Below, piece after piece: positions 32,364 to 42,122 of a stretch of DNA of 64,000 nucleotides. A program made the position numbers and the translations under genes. Position 1 is the stretch's first letter. The number at the start of each line of letters is the position of its first letter. This DNA comes from Dehalococcoidia bacterium (GTDB taxonomy: Bacteria > Chloroflexota > Dehalococcoidia > SHYB01 > SHYL01). The notes under the pieces were generated by a model. The model was not told where the DNA came from, did no database searches, and was given only the letters and a program-made list of their open reading frames with translations. Where the stretch lies: positions 2,866 to 66,865 of the forward strand of contig SHYL01000001.1 of assembly GCA_009692825.1 (NCBI GenBank), read 5' to 3'.

Positions 32364-33314
32364 CTAGTACTTAACCCTTGGGTCCAGCCACTTCAAGCTA
32401 ACGTCAACAATGAGGTTCATGATCGTCATTACAGTCGCGAGGAATATGGCGGCTGTTTGCACGACCGGATAGTCACGAGCGTTAATTCCTTGCAATATCC
32501 AGGTGCCTACACCAGGCATAGTGAAAATCGTTTCGACGATAACCGTCCCACCCAGAAGTCTGGCCAGCTGAGTACCAGCGAGCGTGAACACGGGCGCAAG
32601 CGCATTCTTCAAAGCGTGCCGAATAATTATGCTGCTCTCGGCGAGGCCTTTTGCGCGAGCCGTTCTGATGTAATCCTGTCGTATCACTTCCAGAAGAGCC
32701 GACCTTGTGATACGCATATTGGTTGAGGAAGAGGAGAACCCCATAAGGATGGCAGGTATGAAGTACTGCCTGATATTTGCCCAAGGGTCATCAAGGAGAG
32801 CGTGGTAACCGATTGGCGGCAGCCATCCGATGTACTTGGAGAGAACAAGGATGATAACGGTCGCAAGCACGAACTCCGGCACTGAGAGGCCAAATATCGA
32901 TATAAGTCGTGCAAAGTAGTCAACAGGAGTGTTGGGCTTGAGAGCGGAGATAGTACCTACCGTAATGCCGAGAAAAAGTGAGATCGTCCATGCAAAAATA
33001 ACGAGCTCTACTGTTACGGGTATGGAGTCTATCAGGCCAGTTACAACGGGAGCCCTTGTTACGAAGGAAATACCAAAATCCCCGTGTAATAAAATGCCCT
33101 TATACCAGTTAAACAACTGAACCAAGGCATTATCGTCAAGACCAAGCCTCTTTTTAATTTCAAGAATCTGCTCGGGCGTAATGTGACCCGCATCTTGCAA
33201 CTGGGTAAAGACCGCGTCGCCTGGAATGATCCGAACCATAAAGAAAATAGCGGTAGCTACAAAAAATACTGTGGCTACGGCGAGGACTAAGCGATTTAAG
33301 ATGTATGCCTGCAT
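32364..33314 (-). CDS. peptide/nickel ABC transporter permease (OppB/DppB-like)
   Basis: 316 aa, BPD_transp_1 family. The C-terminus is ...LKWLDPRVKY. Confidence 0.85.
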   Translation of the reverse strand: MQAYILNRLVLAVATVFFVATAIFFMVRIIPGDAVFTQLQDAGHITPEQILEIKKRLGLDDNALVQLFNWYKGILLHGDFGISFVTRAPVVTGLIDSIPVTVELVIFAWTISLFLGITVGTISALKPNTPVDYFARLISIFGLSVPEFVLATVIILVLSKYIGWLPPIGYHALLDDPWANIRQYFIPAILMGFSSSSTNMRITRSALLEVIRQDYIRTARAKGLAESSIIIRHALKNALAPVFTLAGTQLARLLGGTVIVETIFTMPGVGTWILQGINARDYPVVQTAAIFLATVMTIMNLIVDVSLKWLDPRVKY

Positions 33315-33570
33315 ATTTCAGTCTCCCCCAGCGTATTTGGACCTCTGGATCTCGAATGACCTCACGATGACATCTCACAGAATTGGCGGATTATACGGCA
33401 CTTTCAGTCCAAAGTCAAAAATTCAAGCGTAAATTCTGCGCCACGGTGATAATTCTAATTCCTTTACGTGATAACAGGCCTAAAGGTTTTCAGTGCGTTA
33501 AAGATACTGAGCCTCCAATCCAATGTCAACCTCCTGTTAAAAGACTCCATTCTTATTCCTCTAGCTCCGC

Positions 33571-33603
33571 TAGTACTTTACGCGTGGGTCCAGCCATTTA
33601 AGG
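33571..33603 (-). pseudogene. 3'-terminal remnant of a second OppB-like permease gene (encodes ...LKWLDPRVKY*)
   Basis: ctt aaa tgg ctg gac cca cgc gta aag tac tag encodes the same last 10 residues as the intact oppB at 32364. Four codons differ synonymously. It is preceded by an in-frame stop, so only the tail survives. Confidence 0.5.
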
Positions 33604-33617
33604 CCAATTGTCAATAT

Positions 33618-33806
33618 TTATTTAATGTCGGAAGAGAGCATCCCGGATTGTGCCCAATTCTCCTTATCTATATCTGAAAAGATGATGGTAGTTGCTTCAG
33701 GGGTGGCCTTACCAATCCTGACGATCGCATCAGTTAGCGCCTTTGCCAGCTCTGCTTTCTGCTCTTTGCTTCTGCCTGTCCACATTTGTACCGTGATTAT
33801 TGGCAT
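33618..33806 (-). CDS. 4-oxalocrotonate tautomerase family protein
   Basis: Begins MPIITVQMWTGRS (Pro1 after Met), 62 aa. Confidence 0.7.
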   Translation of the reverse strand: MPIITVQMWTGRSKEQKAELAKALTDAIVRIGKATPEATTIIFSDIDKENWAQSGMLSSDIK

Positions 33807-33843
33807 TTGAATACCTCCGATGAATTTTCTAGCGATATGTAGT

Positions 33844-36426
33844 CTATATGGATTTGAGCCTGCTTTTAAGCTCATTGAGCCTAGTAAGCGCCTCCAGTGG
33901 GGTCAGCGAATCAATATCTATGGAAGCAAGTTCATCCAGTAAAGCCCTGGTCATTTTGTACTGAAATAGAGTATCCTGAGAAGCTGATGAGTCCACGGAT
34001 GACGCCGACCTCGTTTCCCCTTTATTTTCAGGAGAACGTTTCTCCATAGCCCCAAGTATTTTTTGCGCCCGTAATAGTACTGCTTCCGGCAATCCAGCAA
34101 GCCTTGCTACGTGAACACCATAGCTCTTATCCGCGCCGCCCGGGATTATCCTATGCAGGAAAATTATGTCTCCACCCTCTTCAGCAACCGCCACTCTAAA
34201 ATTACGCGCGTGCGGCAATGTTCCTTCTAGGTCGGTAAGCTCATGGTAGTGGGTCGCAAAAAGAGTCCTGCTTCCGAGTCTAGGGCTATTGTGGATGTAT
34301 TCAGCCACCGAACGCGCAATAGAAAGGCCGTCGTAAGTGCTGGTACCGCGGCCGATTTCGTCCAGGATTATCAATGAGTGTGGTGTGGCACTGCTAAGAA
34401 TCGCGGCGGTCTCGACCATTTCGACCATGAATGTGGAGCGGCCAATAGCGAGGTCGTCCTGAAGACCGATACGTGTAAATATACGGTCCACCATACCAAC
34501 TTCGGCTTCAGATGCTGGGACGAAGCTGCCAATCTGGGCCATAAGCACTATCAACGCAACCTGCCGCAAGTATGTGGATTTTCCAGACATGTTCGGGCCC
34601 GTGAGAATTATCAGCTGTGAGTTGTCCTTATCCAGCAATGTATCGTTCTGGACAAATGAAGAGCGCTCTACGACACGCTCGACGATCGGGTGCCGTCCAC
34701 CGACGATCCGAAGGATAGGGCCATCGTTTATGCTGGGGCGAATGTAATTCTGCCTGACAGCAGCCTCTGCCAAGGAAGAAATCACATCTATTTTCGCGAC
34801 TGCATGAGCAGTATCTAAAAGCGGTTCGTAGGAAGCTGAAATCTGGTCACAAATCTGGGTGAAAAGCTCCGATTCAATCTTGAGGCAGCCTTCCTGAGCA
34901 TGGAGTATCTGCGATTCGTACTCCTTAAGTTCAGGCGTTATGAAACGTTCACCCCCCGCAACGGTCTGTTTTCTGATGTATTCAGGGGGAGCCTGAGAGA
35001 CATGGGATTTACTCACTTCTATGTAATATCCAAAGACGTTGTTATATCCAATCTTTAGCGTCTTGATTCCGGTCTTATCTCGTTCACTCTGCTCAAGCGC
35101 CGCTATAAAGCTTTTAACATCGCGAGATTTACTTCTGAAAGAATCCAGCTCTTGATTAAACCCATCCTTTATTACCTGCTCATCTCCTATTTCAACTGGA
35201 GGCATATCCATTATCGAGGAGGCAATAAGAGTTACAATATCGCCGAACGGCCTGAGCCCGCTTAAGAGCCATACGTTTTTCGGCGCGATTCCTGATAAGG
35301 TCTCTTGAATATCAGCGACGGACTCAAGGCTGCGACGAAGCGCCACAACATCGCGAGGGGTAGCGATACGGCCCCTCACCCTGTTTACCAGACGCTCCAG
35401 ATCATTGATGCGGGTCAATGCTGAAATAACGGAGCGCCGTAGAAGCTCTGAGGAGTAAAGCGATTCAACAGAGTCCAACCTGTCCATCACTCCACTCACA
35501 CTGACCAATGGCTGGCTGAGCCACCGTCTAAGCAATCGCCCTCCCATAGGTGTCTTAGTAAGGTCGATGACTGAAAGAAGCGAATTTTCCTGCGAACCAG
35601 TTCTACCGGACTGGAAAATCTCCAGATTGCGAATCGTCTGAATATCAAGCGGCATGTATTCTTCCAGCCGCCTAGTGGAAAGACTTGTAAGCTGCGCCAG
35701 TGCACTCTTGCGCGAAGCTGACACGTATGAGATAACTGCACCGGCAGCCCTGATCGCAAGAGGGGAACGGTCCAAACCAAACGATTCAAGAGTCATAACG
35801 CGAAAGTGCTTAGTCAGAATTTCGCTGCAAAAGTCTAAATCGAACCAGCCAACATCTACGGACACAAGTTTTCCACTTAACGCCTCAAATGGGGGAGCGC
35901 CTGACGGCACCAATGTCTCAGACGGCTGGATCTGTTGAAGGGCGAGCAACACTCTATCAAAAGAGCCTTCTGTAGCTTCAAACTCACCGGTAGATATATC
36001 GGTATAAGCGAGGCCAGCCCTTGCACCTTCTATGTATAACGATGCCAAATAGTTGCTTTTACCGGATTCCAGAAGAACTGGCTCAAGAAGCATGCCAGGC
36101 GTAATAACACGAACAACGTCCCTGTCTACGAGACCTTTAGCATTGGACGGCTCCGTAAGCTGTTCACAAATGGCAACTTTATGCCCTGCCGATATCAATC
36201 TACCCAGATAATTATCAAGAGCGTGGTAAGGTATCCCTGCCATGGGAATGCGGTTTCCCTTGCCCATTTCCCGTGCCGTAAGAGTTATGCCTAGAAGATG
36301 GCTCGCCAGCACCGCATCATCATCAAACGTCTCATAGAAATCGCCGAGCCGGAAGAGAACAATAGCGTCAGTATAGTGCTGTTTGATTCTAAGGTACTGC
36401 CGGCGGATGGGTGTTATGTCTGACAT
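33844..36426 (-). CDS. mutS: DNA mismatch repair protein MutS
   Basis: 860 aa, Walker A GPNMSGKST, and the mismatch-binding N-terminus. Confidence 0.95.
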   Translation of the reverse strand: MSDITPIRRQYLRIKQHYTDAIVLFRLGDFYETFDDDAVLASHLLGITLTAREMGKGNRIPMAGIPYHALDNYLGRLISAGHKVAICEQLTEPSNAKGLVDRDVVRVITPGMLLEPVLLESGKSNYLASLYIEGARAGLAYTDISTGEFEATEGSFDRVLLALQQIQPSETLVPSGAPPFEALSGKLVSVDVGWFDLDFCSEILTKHFRVMTLESFGLDRSPLAIRAAGAVISYVSASRKSALAQLTSLSTRRLEEYMPLDIQTIRNLEIFQSGRTGSQENSLLSVIDLTKTPMGGRLLRRWLSQPLVSVSGVMDRLDSVESLYSSELLRRSVISALTRINDLERLVNRVRGRIATPRDVVALRRSLESVADIQETLSGIAPKNVWLLSGLRPFGDIVTLIASSIMDMPPVEIGDEQVIKDGFNQELDSFRSKSRDVKSFIAALEQSERDKTGIKTLKIGYNNVFGYYIEVSKSHVSQAPPEYIRKQTVAGGERFITPELKEYESQILHAQEGCLKIESELFTQICDQISASYEPLLDTAHAVAKIDVISSLAEAAVRQNYIRPSINDGPILRIVGGRHPIVERVVERSSFVQNDTLLDKDNSQLIILTGPNMSGKSTYLRQVALIVLMAQIGSFVPASEAEVGMVDRIFTRIGLQDDLAIGRSTFMVEMVETAAILSSATPHSLIILDEIGRGTSTYDGLSIARSVAEYIHNSPRLGSRTLFATHYHELTDLEGTLPHARNFRVAVAEEGGDIIFLHRIIPGGADKSYGVHVARLAGLPEAVLLRAQKILGAMEKRSPENKGETRSASSVDSSASQDTLFQYKMTRALLDELASIDIDSLTPLEALTRLNELKSRLKSI

Positions 36427-36475
36427 GACGCCGACATTCTACAACCGCGGTATCAAGCTGTACCAGACGAAAGCG

Positions 36476-37264
36476 TTAAATCTGTTCGCCCAGTTTACGT
36501 AGCCTGTAGATCAATGTCTGATATAAGACCACCGCTATCAGCACCATGACTCCGCCGCCGATCGCATCCACACCATAGTGATTACCCGTAGCAACAATCG
36601 CCACAAATGTAGCAAGGGGATAAATAACACCTAAGAACTTCAACCACAGCGGCCCTGTGCACCAGAACATTATTCCAAACAGCAGTGTCCATCCAAAATG
36701 CAGGCTAGGCATAGCCGCGAAGGCATTGTAGTAGGACATAGCAGAACGGCTCGCATAAAAACCAGGGCCAAACTCCTCAATAGAGTCTATAAATCCATAC
36801 TGAGGCATCATCCTTGGCGGGGCCAGGGGAAAAATCATGAAGATTATGAGCGCAACCACAAATGTAATCAGCACAACGTTTCTGTAAAACTTATATCGCT
36901 TACGGTTTGCGTGGAAGAGGAAGATACCGGTCAAACCAATAACGGGCCAGAACGTAAAAATGTAGACCCAATTTACAACGTAAAGCGCCCATCTGGCATT
37001 AACGAAAAGCCAATCCTGCATCATTGGCTCCCATAGAGTAAAAACCCTTATCTGAAACGAAATAAGGGACTCAGCATGGCTGAAAGCAACGTTTTCAGCC
37101 GCGTCATGAAAAATCAACTTCCGCGTAAACATGTAGATGAAGTAGGCTGCCGCTATTACGACAACCTCTTTCGCGAAAGCAAACTTGCCCTCATTCAATG
37201 AGCGAATAGCAGATTTAAACCACGGCTCTTTCGCATCTATTATTGATTGACGGTATGTTTGCAT
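36476..37264 (-). CDS. PAP2-superfamily-like integral membrane protein
   Basis: Six or more TM helices. PSLHFGW and GNHYGVD resemble PAP2 motifs 2 and 3. Confidence 0.45.
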   Translation of the reverse strand: MQTYRQSIIDAKEPWFKSAIRSLNEGKFAFAKEVVVIAAAYFIYMFTRKLIFHDAAENVAFSHAESLISFQIRVFTLWEPMMQDWLFVNARWALYVVNWVYIFTFWPVIGLTGIFLFHANRKRYKFYRNVVLITFVVALIIFMIFPLAPPRMMPQYGFIDSIEEFGPGFYASRSAMSYYNAFAAMPSLHFGWTLLFGIMFWCTGPLWLKFLGVIYPLATFVAIVATGNHYGVDAIGGGVMVLIAVVLYQTLIYRLRKLGEQI

Positions 37265-37270
37265 TGGTTG

Positions 37271-38515
37271 TTATTTCTTATCCGAGTCTGCCTTTGAGGC
37301 TACTTTAATCCCTATAGGATTTTCGAGATTTCTATTCTGACTCGTAATTTCTATCAGCTTACCGGTGCCCGTGGAATTATGTCCGTTCTGCCCACTGGAA
37401 AGCACATGAATAATTACGGGTTTAGTTTGGCCAAGAGAGGCGGTGTACACGCCAGCAGTGCTTTCAGTATAAACGTTGCATTTAAGGCAGCCCACCGAAA
37501 CGGTGGGAAGATAACCTTTAACGGTAAACATTTTCCTTGCTTCCGTGTATTGAGGCCCATTCCAAATCTTATCGATCGACACGTCATTTACATTCGCGAA
37601 ATCATGTTTTGCGTCAGTGAGGTAGCAGCACGGAGCATAACCGCCATCCCAGTTTACGACGCCGCTTCTCCACAGACGCCAGCACTTACTATCAGCGCCT
37701 TCGTTATAAGGCTTATTGAATGCTTCTGTGCCCGGGTCTCTGTATGACGGCAAGAACTCTCTAAGCATTTTCTTATCATATATATCGTGAGGGAAATCTA
37801 CTTTTTTGAAGGTAAGAAGGTCTACACCTAACTCTTTGGCTATTCGTTTCACATCACCCTTTTGATGCTCATTGTGCTTCATAACAATAAATTGCCACTC
37901 TAACATCGGTGTTTTAGAGCTTAGCTCACGCTTTTTTTTCGCCAGTAGCTTTACGTTAGCCAGAACGTTTTTGAGCTGACCGCCAACACGATACTTTTCA
38001 TATACTTCCTGGGTAGTGCCGTCAATCGACATGATTAGGGCATCCAGACCGGAACGGACTATCTCTTCAGCTTTTCCCTCACTTAAGTAAGCGTTCATAT
38101 TGCTGCTAGCGACTACGCCTATATTAGAGTCGTGAGCATGGCGGATAAACCTGACTATATCCCGATGCAGAAAAGGTTCTCCCCAGCTGTACAGGCTTAA
38201 CCAGATAGTGTGGTCTTTGATTTGATCAATGGTTTTTTTAAAGGTTTCGAAGGCCATAAAGCCTTTAATCCTATTCACTGTGCCTATCCCGGTATGGCAT
38301 AGCGGGCAATGCAGCTGGCAGATATTTGTGGAGTCTATTTCCCATTCGTACGGATGCCCGGATGGGCGTACCTTACCCATCCTCATTCCAGCTTCTACAC
38401 GTAAAAAGTTAGTGAATTTTTTCCAGGTGCCATGCCTAAAGGCAATCCTGGTTCTTGAAATCGCCCTCCCTCTCGGAACGGACAATGCCGTCCTTACAGG
38501 TTCAAAGATGTCCAA
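37271..38515 (-). CDS. radical SAM protein with C-terminal SPASM-type Cys-rich domain
   Basis: CQLHCPLC (CX3CX2C) and a C-terminal CC..C..CLKC cluster. The true start may be an internal Met (MRMGK). Confidence 0.75.
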   Translation of the reverse strand: MDIFEPVRTALSVPRGRAISRTRIAFRHGTWKKFTNFLRVEAGMRMGKVRPSGHPYEWEIDSTNICQLHCPLCHTGIGTVNRIKGFMAFETFKKTIDQIKDHTIWLSLYSWGEPFLHRDIVRFIRHAHDSNIGVVASSNMNAYLSEGKAEEIVRSGLDALIMSIDGTTQEVYEKYRVGGQLKNVLANVKLLAKKKRELSSKTPMLEWQFIVMKHNEHQKGDVKRIAKELGVDLLTFKKVDFPHDIYDKKMLREFLPSYRDPGTEAFNKPYNEGADSKCWRLWRSGVVNWDGGYAPCCYLTDAKHDFANVNDVSIDKIWNGPQYTEARKMFTVKGYLPTVSVGCLKCNVYTESTAGVYTASLGQTKPVIIHVLSSGQNGHNSTGTGKLIEITSQNRNLENPIGIKVASKADSDKK

Positions 38516-39296
38516 AAGTGAAAATCTCCATGAATATCCGCCTGCTTTCGGGCATGAATAATCTACGCGTATTCAAGAAAATCATAGGTGCGTATAAATT
38601 CCCTGTCAATGTTGTTGACAACTAGTGAATCCATTTCAGGAGTGCGCGTAAATGTCACAATCATATAACTCTGTTTTCAGCCACCTTTTGAGCGTGCAGG
38701 TGCTCAAGGAACGGGAAACTCTTCTGGTAAAATCCAGCCATGCTAGCAACTCTTCATAGAGGCCATATTAGGTCAGGGGAGGCGAGAAGGGTTGCGTGGA
38801 ATCAAAGGCTATATAACAACCACAACACCGTGTCCCTAGTGGCCTACAATACGTTAAGCAATAGTAGGAAGTTTGAAAAAATGGACAGACTGGTCTTCAG
38901 CCTTCGGGAATTTCCGCAAAGGACACAAGGTAACAGTGCAGAAATAGATGATTCTGTGAGCGCCCCCAAAAGGGATGGCCTCACCCCGTAACAATCTTTA
39001 TTTCAGAACAAACTAAGGATAAGTACTACATACCATCTTTAACCTATCCGACAAAAAGAGCCTTTGCCGCTGCGTTAGCTGATGGGTTGATTATTAATAA
39101 GCCTGGAGTTGGTGGCACTGACTGGTTTATCAAGAGCCACGCACTTGATTTATGGGCAGCAATCCATCACAAAACCATCTCGCCCTCTTTGCTCAACTTT
39201 TCAGCAAGTAACTAATCCGCTTATTCTCCGCGTGCTTACTCGGTCAGCTCTGAAATATGAATAAAGCTCATACAGGCCAAAAAGCCAGATCTGAAG

Positions 39297-39371
39297 TGGT
39301 GGACTAGACGAGAGTCGAACTCGTAACCCCCGCGCTGCCAGCGCGGTGCTCTCCCATTGAGCTACTAGCCC
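39297..39371 (-). tRNA. tRNA-Ala (GGC)
   Basis: Reverse complement folds as a cloverleaf with a G3:U70 pair, anticodon loop CTGGCAG, T-loop TTCGACT, discriminator A and CCA encoded. Confidence 0.9.
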
Positions 39372-39663
39372 ACATAATGCAATAAACCAAGGTTGGCAGG
39401 ATTAAACTTCGTAACCTTTGCAATACGGCAACATGAGTGTCATTAATCATTATAGTAAAACTATAAGGTTAGTCCGCTTAAATCATAGAGGGCTCCGTAT
39501 GGCAATAAGATTTCTAATCGCTTCATTCCTGGCATCAGCTTACTGGTTTGTCATGGGAGTAGCATGGACGATTTTTAATAATTCACCCAAGCCTTACCCT
39601 TAAACTTCTGAGGCAAAGGTATAATTCAGAAATCTATCTTTATAGCTATTCTCGGAGAAACCA

Positions 39664-42120
39664 GTGCCAGAGCAGAAGTACAATCCACGAGAAATCGAAC
39701 TCAAATGGCAGGAACGTTGGGATAAAGATTCCCTGTACCGCACCGTGGATAACGATCCGCGACCAAAGTGGTATGCGCTAACCATGTTCCCCTACACTTC
39801 CGGCGACCTTCACATAGGCCACTGGTACGCCATGGCCCCCTCTGACACACAGGCACGCTATAAAAGAATGCAGGGATATAACGTCCTCTATCCGATGGGT
39901 TTCGATTCATTCGGGCTGCCGGCGGAAAACGCGGCTATAAAACGGGGCATACACCCACAAAAATGGACGATGGATAACATCGAAAGGATGCGCAAGCAGG
40001 TCAAGAGTATGGGGCCGATGCATGATTGGTCTCGTGAAATCATTACTTGCTTGCCTGAGTATTACAGATGGAACCAGTGGTTTTTCTTACAGTTCTACAA
40101 AAAGGGGATAGCTTACAGAACGAAGGCTCCCGTTAACTGGTGCCCGAGCTGTCAGACCGTACTTGCCAACGAACAGGTCCTGTCCGACGGGACATGTGAG
40201 AGATGCGGCACTACCGTTACCCACAAGGAGTTGGCCCAGTGGTTTTTTAAGACGACCAAATACGCTGAAGAGTTGCTCAACTTCGAAGGCGTAGAGTGGC
40301 CTGAGCGGATCAAGACGATGCAGAGGAACTGGATAGGGAGGAGTGATGGTGTAGAGGCGTCATTCGGCCTAGATGTGCCGGGTGTGACCGAAAAAGAGGT
40401 GCGGGTTTTTACCACGAGGGTCGACACGATATTCGGCGTGACTTTCCTGGTAATAGCACCTGAGCACCCTCTTGTGGCGAAGGTAACTACAAAAGAACGT
40501 ACCGCGAAGGTGCAGGAATATGTAGAAAAAGCGAGGCGGTCCACAGACATTGAGCGGCTTGCGACCGGGCGCGAAAAGACCGGTGTATTTACAGGCGCTT
40601 ATGTTACGAACAACTTTACGAACGACAGGGTGCCACTTTTTGTGGCAGATTACGTCCTTCCAGGGTACGGCACTGGGGCTGTGATGGGAGTACCCGCTCA
40701 TGACCAGCGTGACTTCGATTTCTCAAAGAAATACGGCCTACCTATAAAAGCTGTGATTGCACCACCAGAAGGCTTGCCAAAAGCGATGACGGAAGCATAC
40801 GAGGATGACGGTATCATGGTAAATTCGGGTCAGTTCAACGGTTTATCGAACACCGCCAGCAAGGATGCGGTCGCTAAATTCGCAGAAGAGCGCAGAATCG
40901 GCAAGCGCACAGTAACATACCGTCTCAGGGACTGGCTAGTTTCCCGCCAGCGCTACTGGGGAACGCCAATACCCATGATTTACTGCGCCAAATGCGGCAT
41001 TGTGCCTGTCCCAGAGAGCGACCTGCCTATAGAACTGCCATACGATGCGCAGTTCAAACCAACCGGCGAGTCTCCGCTGGCATATCACGAAGGTTTCGTA
41101 AATACGACATGTCCAACCTGTCATGGCAAAGCGAGACGCGAGACCGATACGATGGATACATTTGTGGACTCATCATGGTATCAATTCCGATATTCCTCTC
41201 ATGATTATCAAAAGGCACCATTTGATCCTGCAAAGGCCGCGCAGTGGTGCCCCATCAGCCAGTACACAGGCGGCGCAGAACACGCGAATATGCATCTGCT
41301 CTACGCAAGGTTTTTTACAAAAGCGGCCCGCGACCTCGGGCTGATAACTTTTGGAGAACCGTTTAAGCGCCTGTTCAACCAGGGAATCATCCTGGGTGAA
41401 GACCATGAAAAGATGAGCAAGAGCCGCGGCAACGTTGTAAACCCGGACGAATTTGTGGATGTTATGGGCGCTGACGCCGTGCGCACATTTCTAATGTTTG
41501 TAGGGCCGTGGGACCACGGCGGAAGCTGGAGCTCTGAGGGGCTTAACGGGATTTCTCGCTGGCTAAACAGGGTGTGGGACCTTTGCATAAGAGACACATC
41601 ACGCCTGCCCGAGTCCGCGCCGAGCGGCGAGAACTCGCTGTTGCGGATCACCCATAAGACTATCAAACGGGTTACTGAAGATCTCGATAAGTTTCGATTC
41701 AATACGATGGTCGCGGCGATGATGGAGATGACCAACGCTATGGGGCGCGCGTGGGAAGATAAGTCGGCAGACAGGGCCACCTGGAAGAAGGCGATCGAGG
41801 CTTTAGTGCTTATGCTAGCGCCATCAACGCCACATTTTGCCGAGGAGCTATGGGAGGCCACCGGCCACGGCTACAGCGTACATAATCAGAAATGGCCGAC
41901 ATGGGACGAGAACCTGGTTATAGATAAGCAGATAACGCTTGTCATTCAAGTAAACGGGAAGGTACGAGATAGGTTAGAGGTCCCTGCCAATGTATCGGAG
42001 GACGAAGCTAAAAGTATGGCGCTCGCCAGCGATAAAGTTATGTCGCATACCAAAGATTTACAAGTTAAAACGATCGTTTATGTGCCGGGCAGGCTGATAA
42101 ACATCGTCGTCGTCGGATAA
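39664..42120 (+). CDS. leuS: leucyl-tRNA synthetase
   Basis: HIGH (HIGHWY) and KMSKS motifs, 818 aa, GTG start with a GGAGA RBS. Confidence 0.95.
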   Translation: MPEQKYNPREIELKWQERWDKDSLYRTVDNDPRPKWYALTMFPYTSGDLHIGHWYAMAPSDTQARYKRMQGYNVLYPMGFDSFGLPAENAAIKRGIHPQKWTMDNIERMRKQVKSMGPMHDWSREIITCLPEYYRWNQWFFLQFYKKGIAYRTKAPVNWCPSCQTVLANEQVLSDGTCERCGTTVTHKELAQWFFKTTKYAEELLNFEGVEWPERIKTMQRNWIGRSDGVEASFGLDVPGVTEKEVRVFTTRVDTIFGVTFLVIAPEHPLVAKVTTKERTAKVQEYVEKARRSTDIERLATGREKTGVFTGAYVTNNFTNDRVPLFVADYVLPGYGTGAVMGVPAHDQRDFDFSKKYGLPIKAVIAPPEGLPKAMTEAYEDDGIMVNSGQFNGLSNTASKDAVAKFAEERRIGKRTVTYRLRDWLVSRQRYWGTPIPMIYCAKCGIVPVPESDLPIELPYDAQFKPTGESPLAYHEGFVNTTCPTCHGKARRETDTMDTFVDSSWYQFRYSSHDYQKAPFDPAKAAQWCPISQYTGGAEHANMHLLYARFFTKAARDLGLITFGEPFKRLFNQGIILGEDHEKMSKSRGNVVNPDEFVDVMGADAVRTFLMFVGPWDHGGSWSSEGLNGISRWLNRVWDLCIRDTSRLPESAPSGENSLLRITHKTIKRVTEDLDKFRFNTMVAAMMEMTNAMGRAWEDKSADRATWKKAIEALVLMLAPSTPHFAEELWEATGHGYSVHNQKWPTWDENLVIDKQITLVIQVNGKVRDRLEVPANVSEDEAKSMALASDKVMSHTKDLQVKTIVYVPGRLINIVVVG

Positions 42121-42122
42121 GC

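Noticed and set aside
38740-38991. 83-aa plus ORF, and other short ORFs in the 38.5-39.3 kb gap, as a candidate rSAM/SPASM precursor peptide
   Set aside because: There is no Cys/Gly-rich core, no plausible leader and no RBS. The composition looks non-coding.
39372-39663. T-box leader upstream of leuS
   Set aside because: No T-box consensus (AATTAGGGTGGNACCGCG) or specifier/antiterminator arrangement is visible. The RBS sits immediately before the GTG start.
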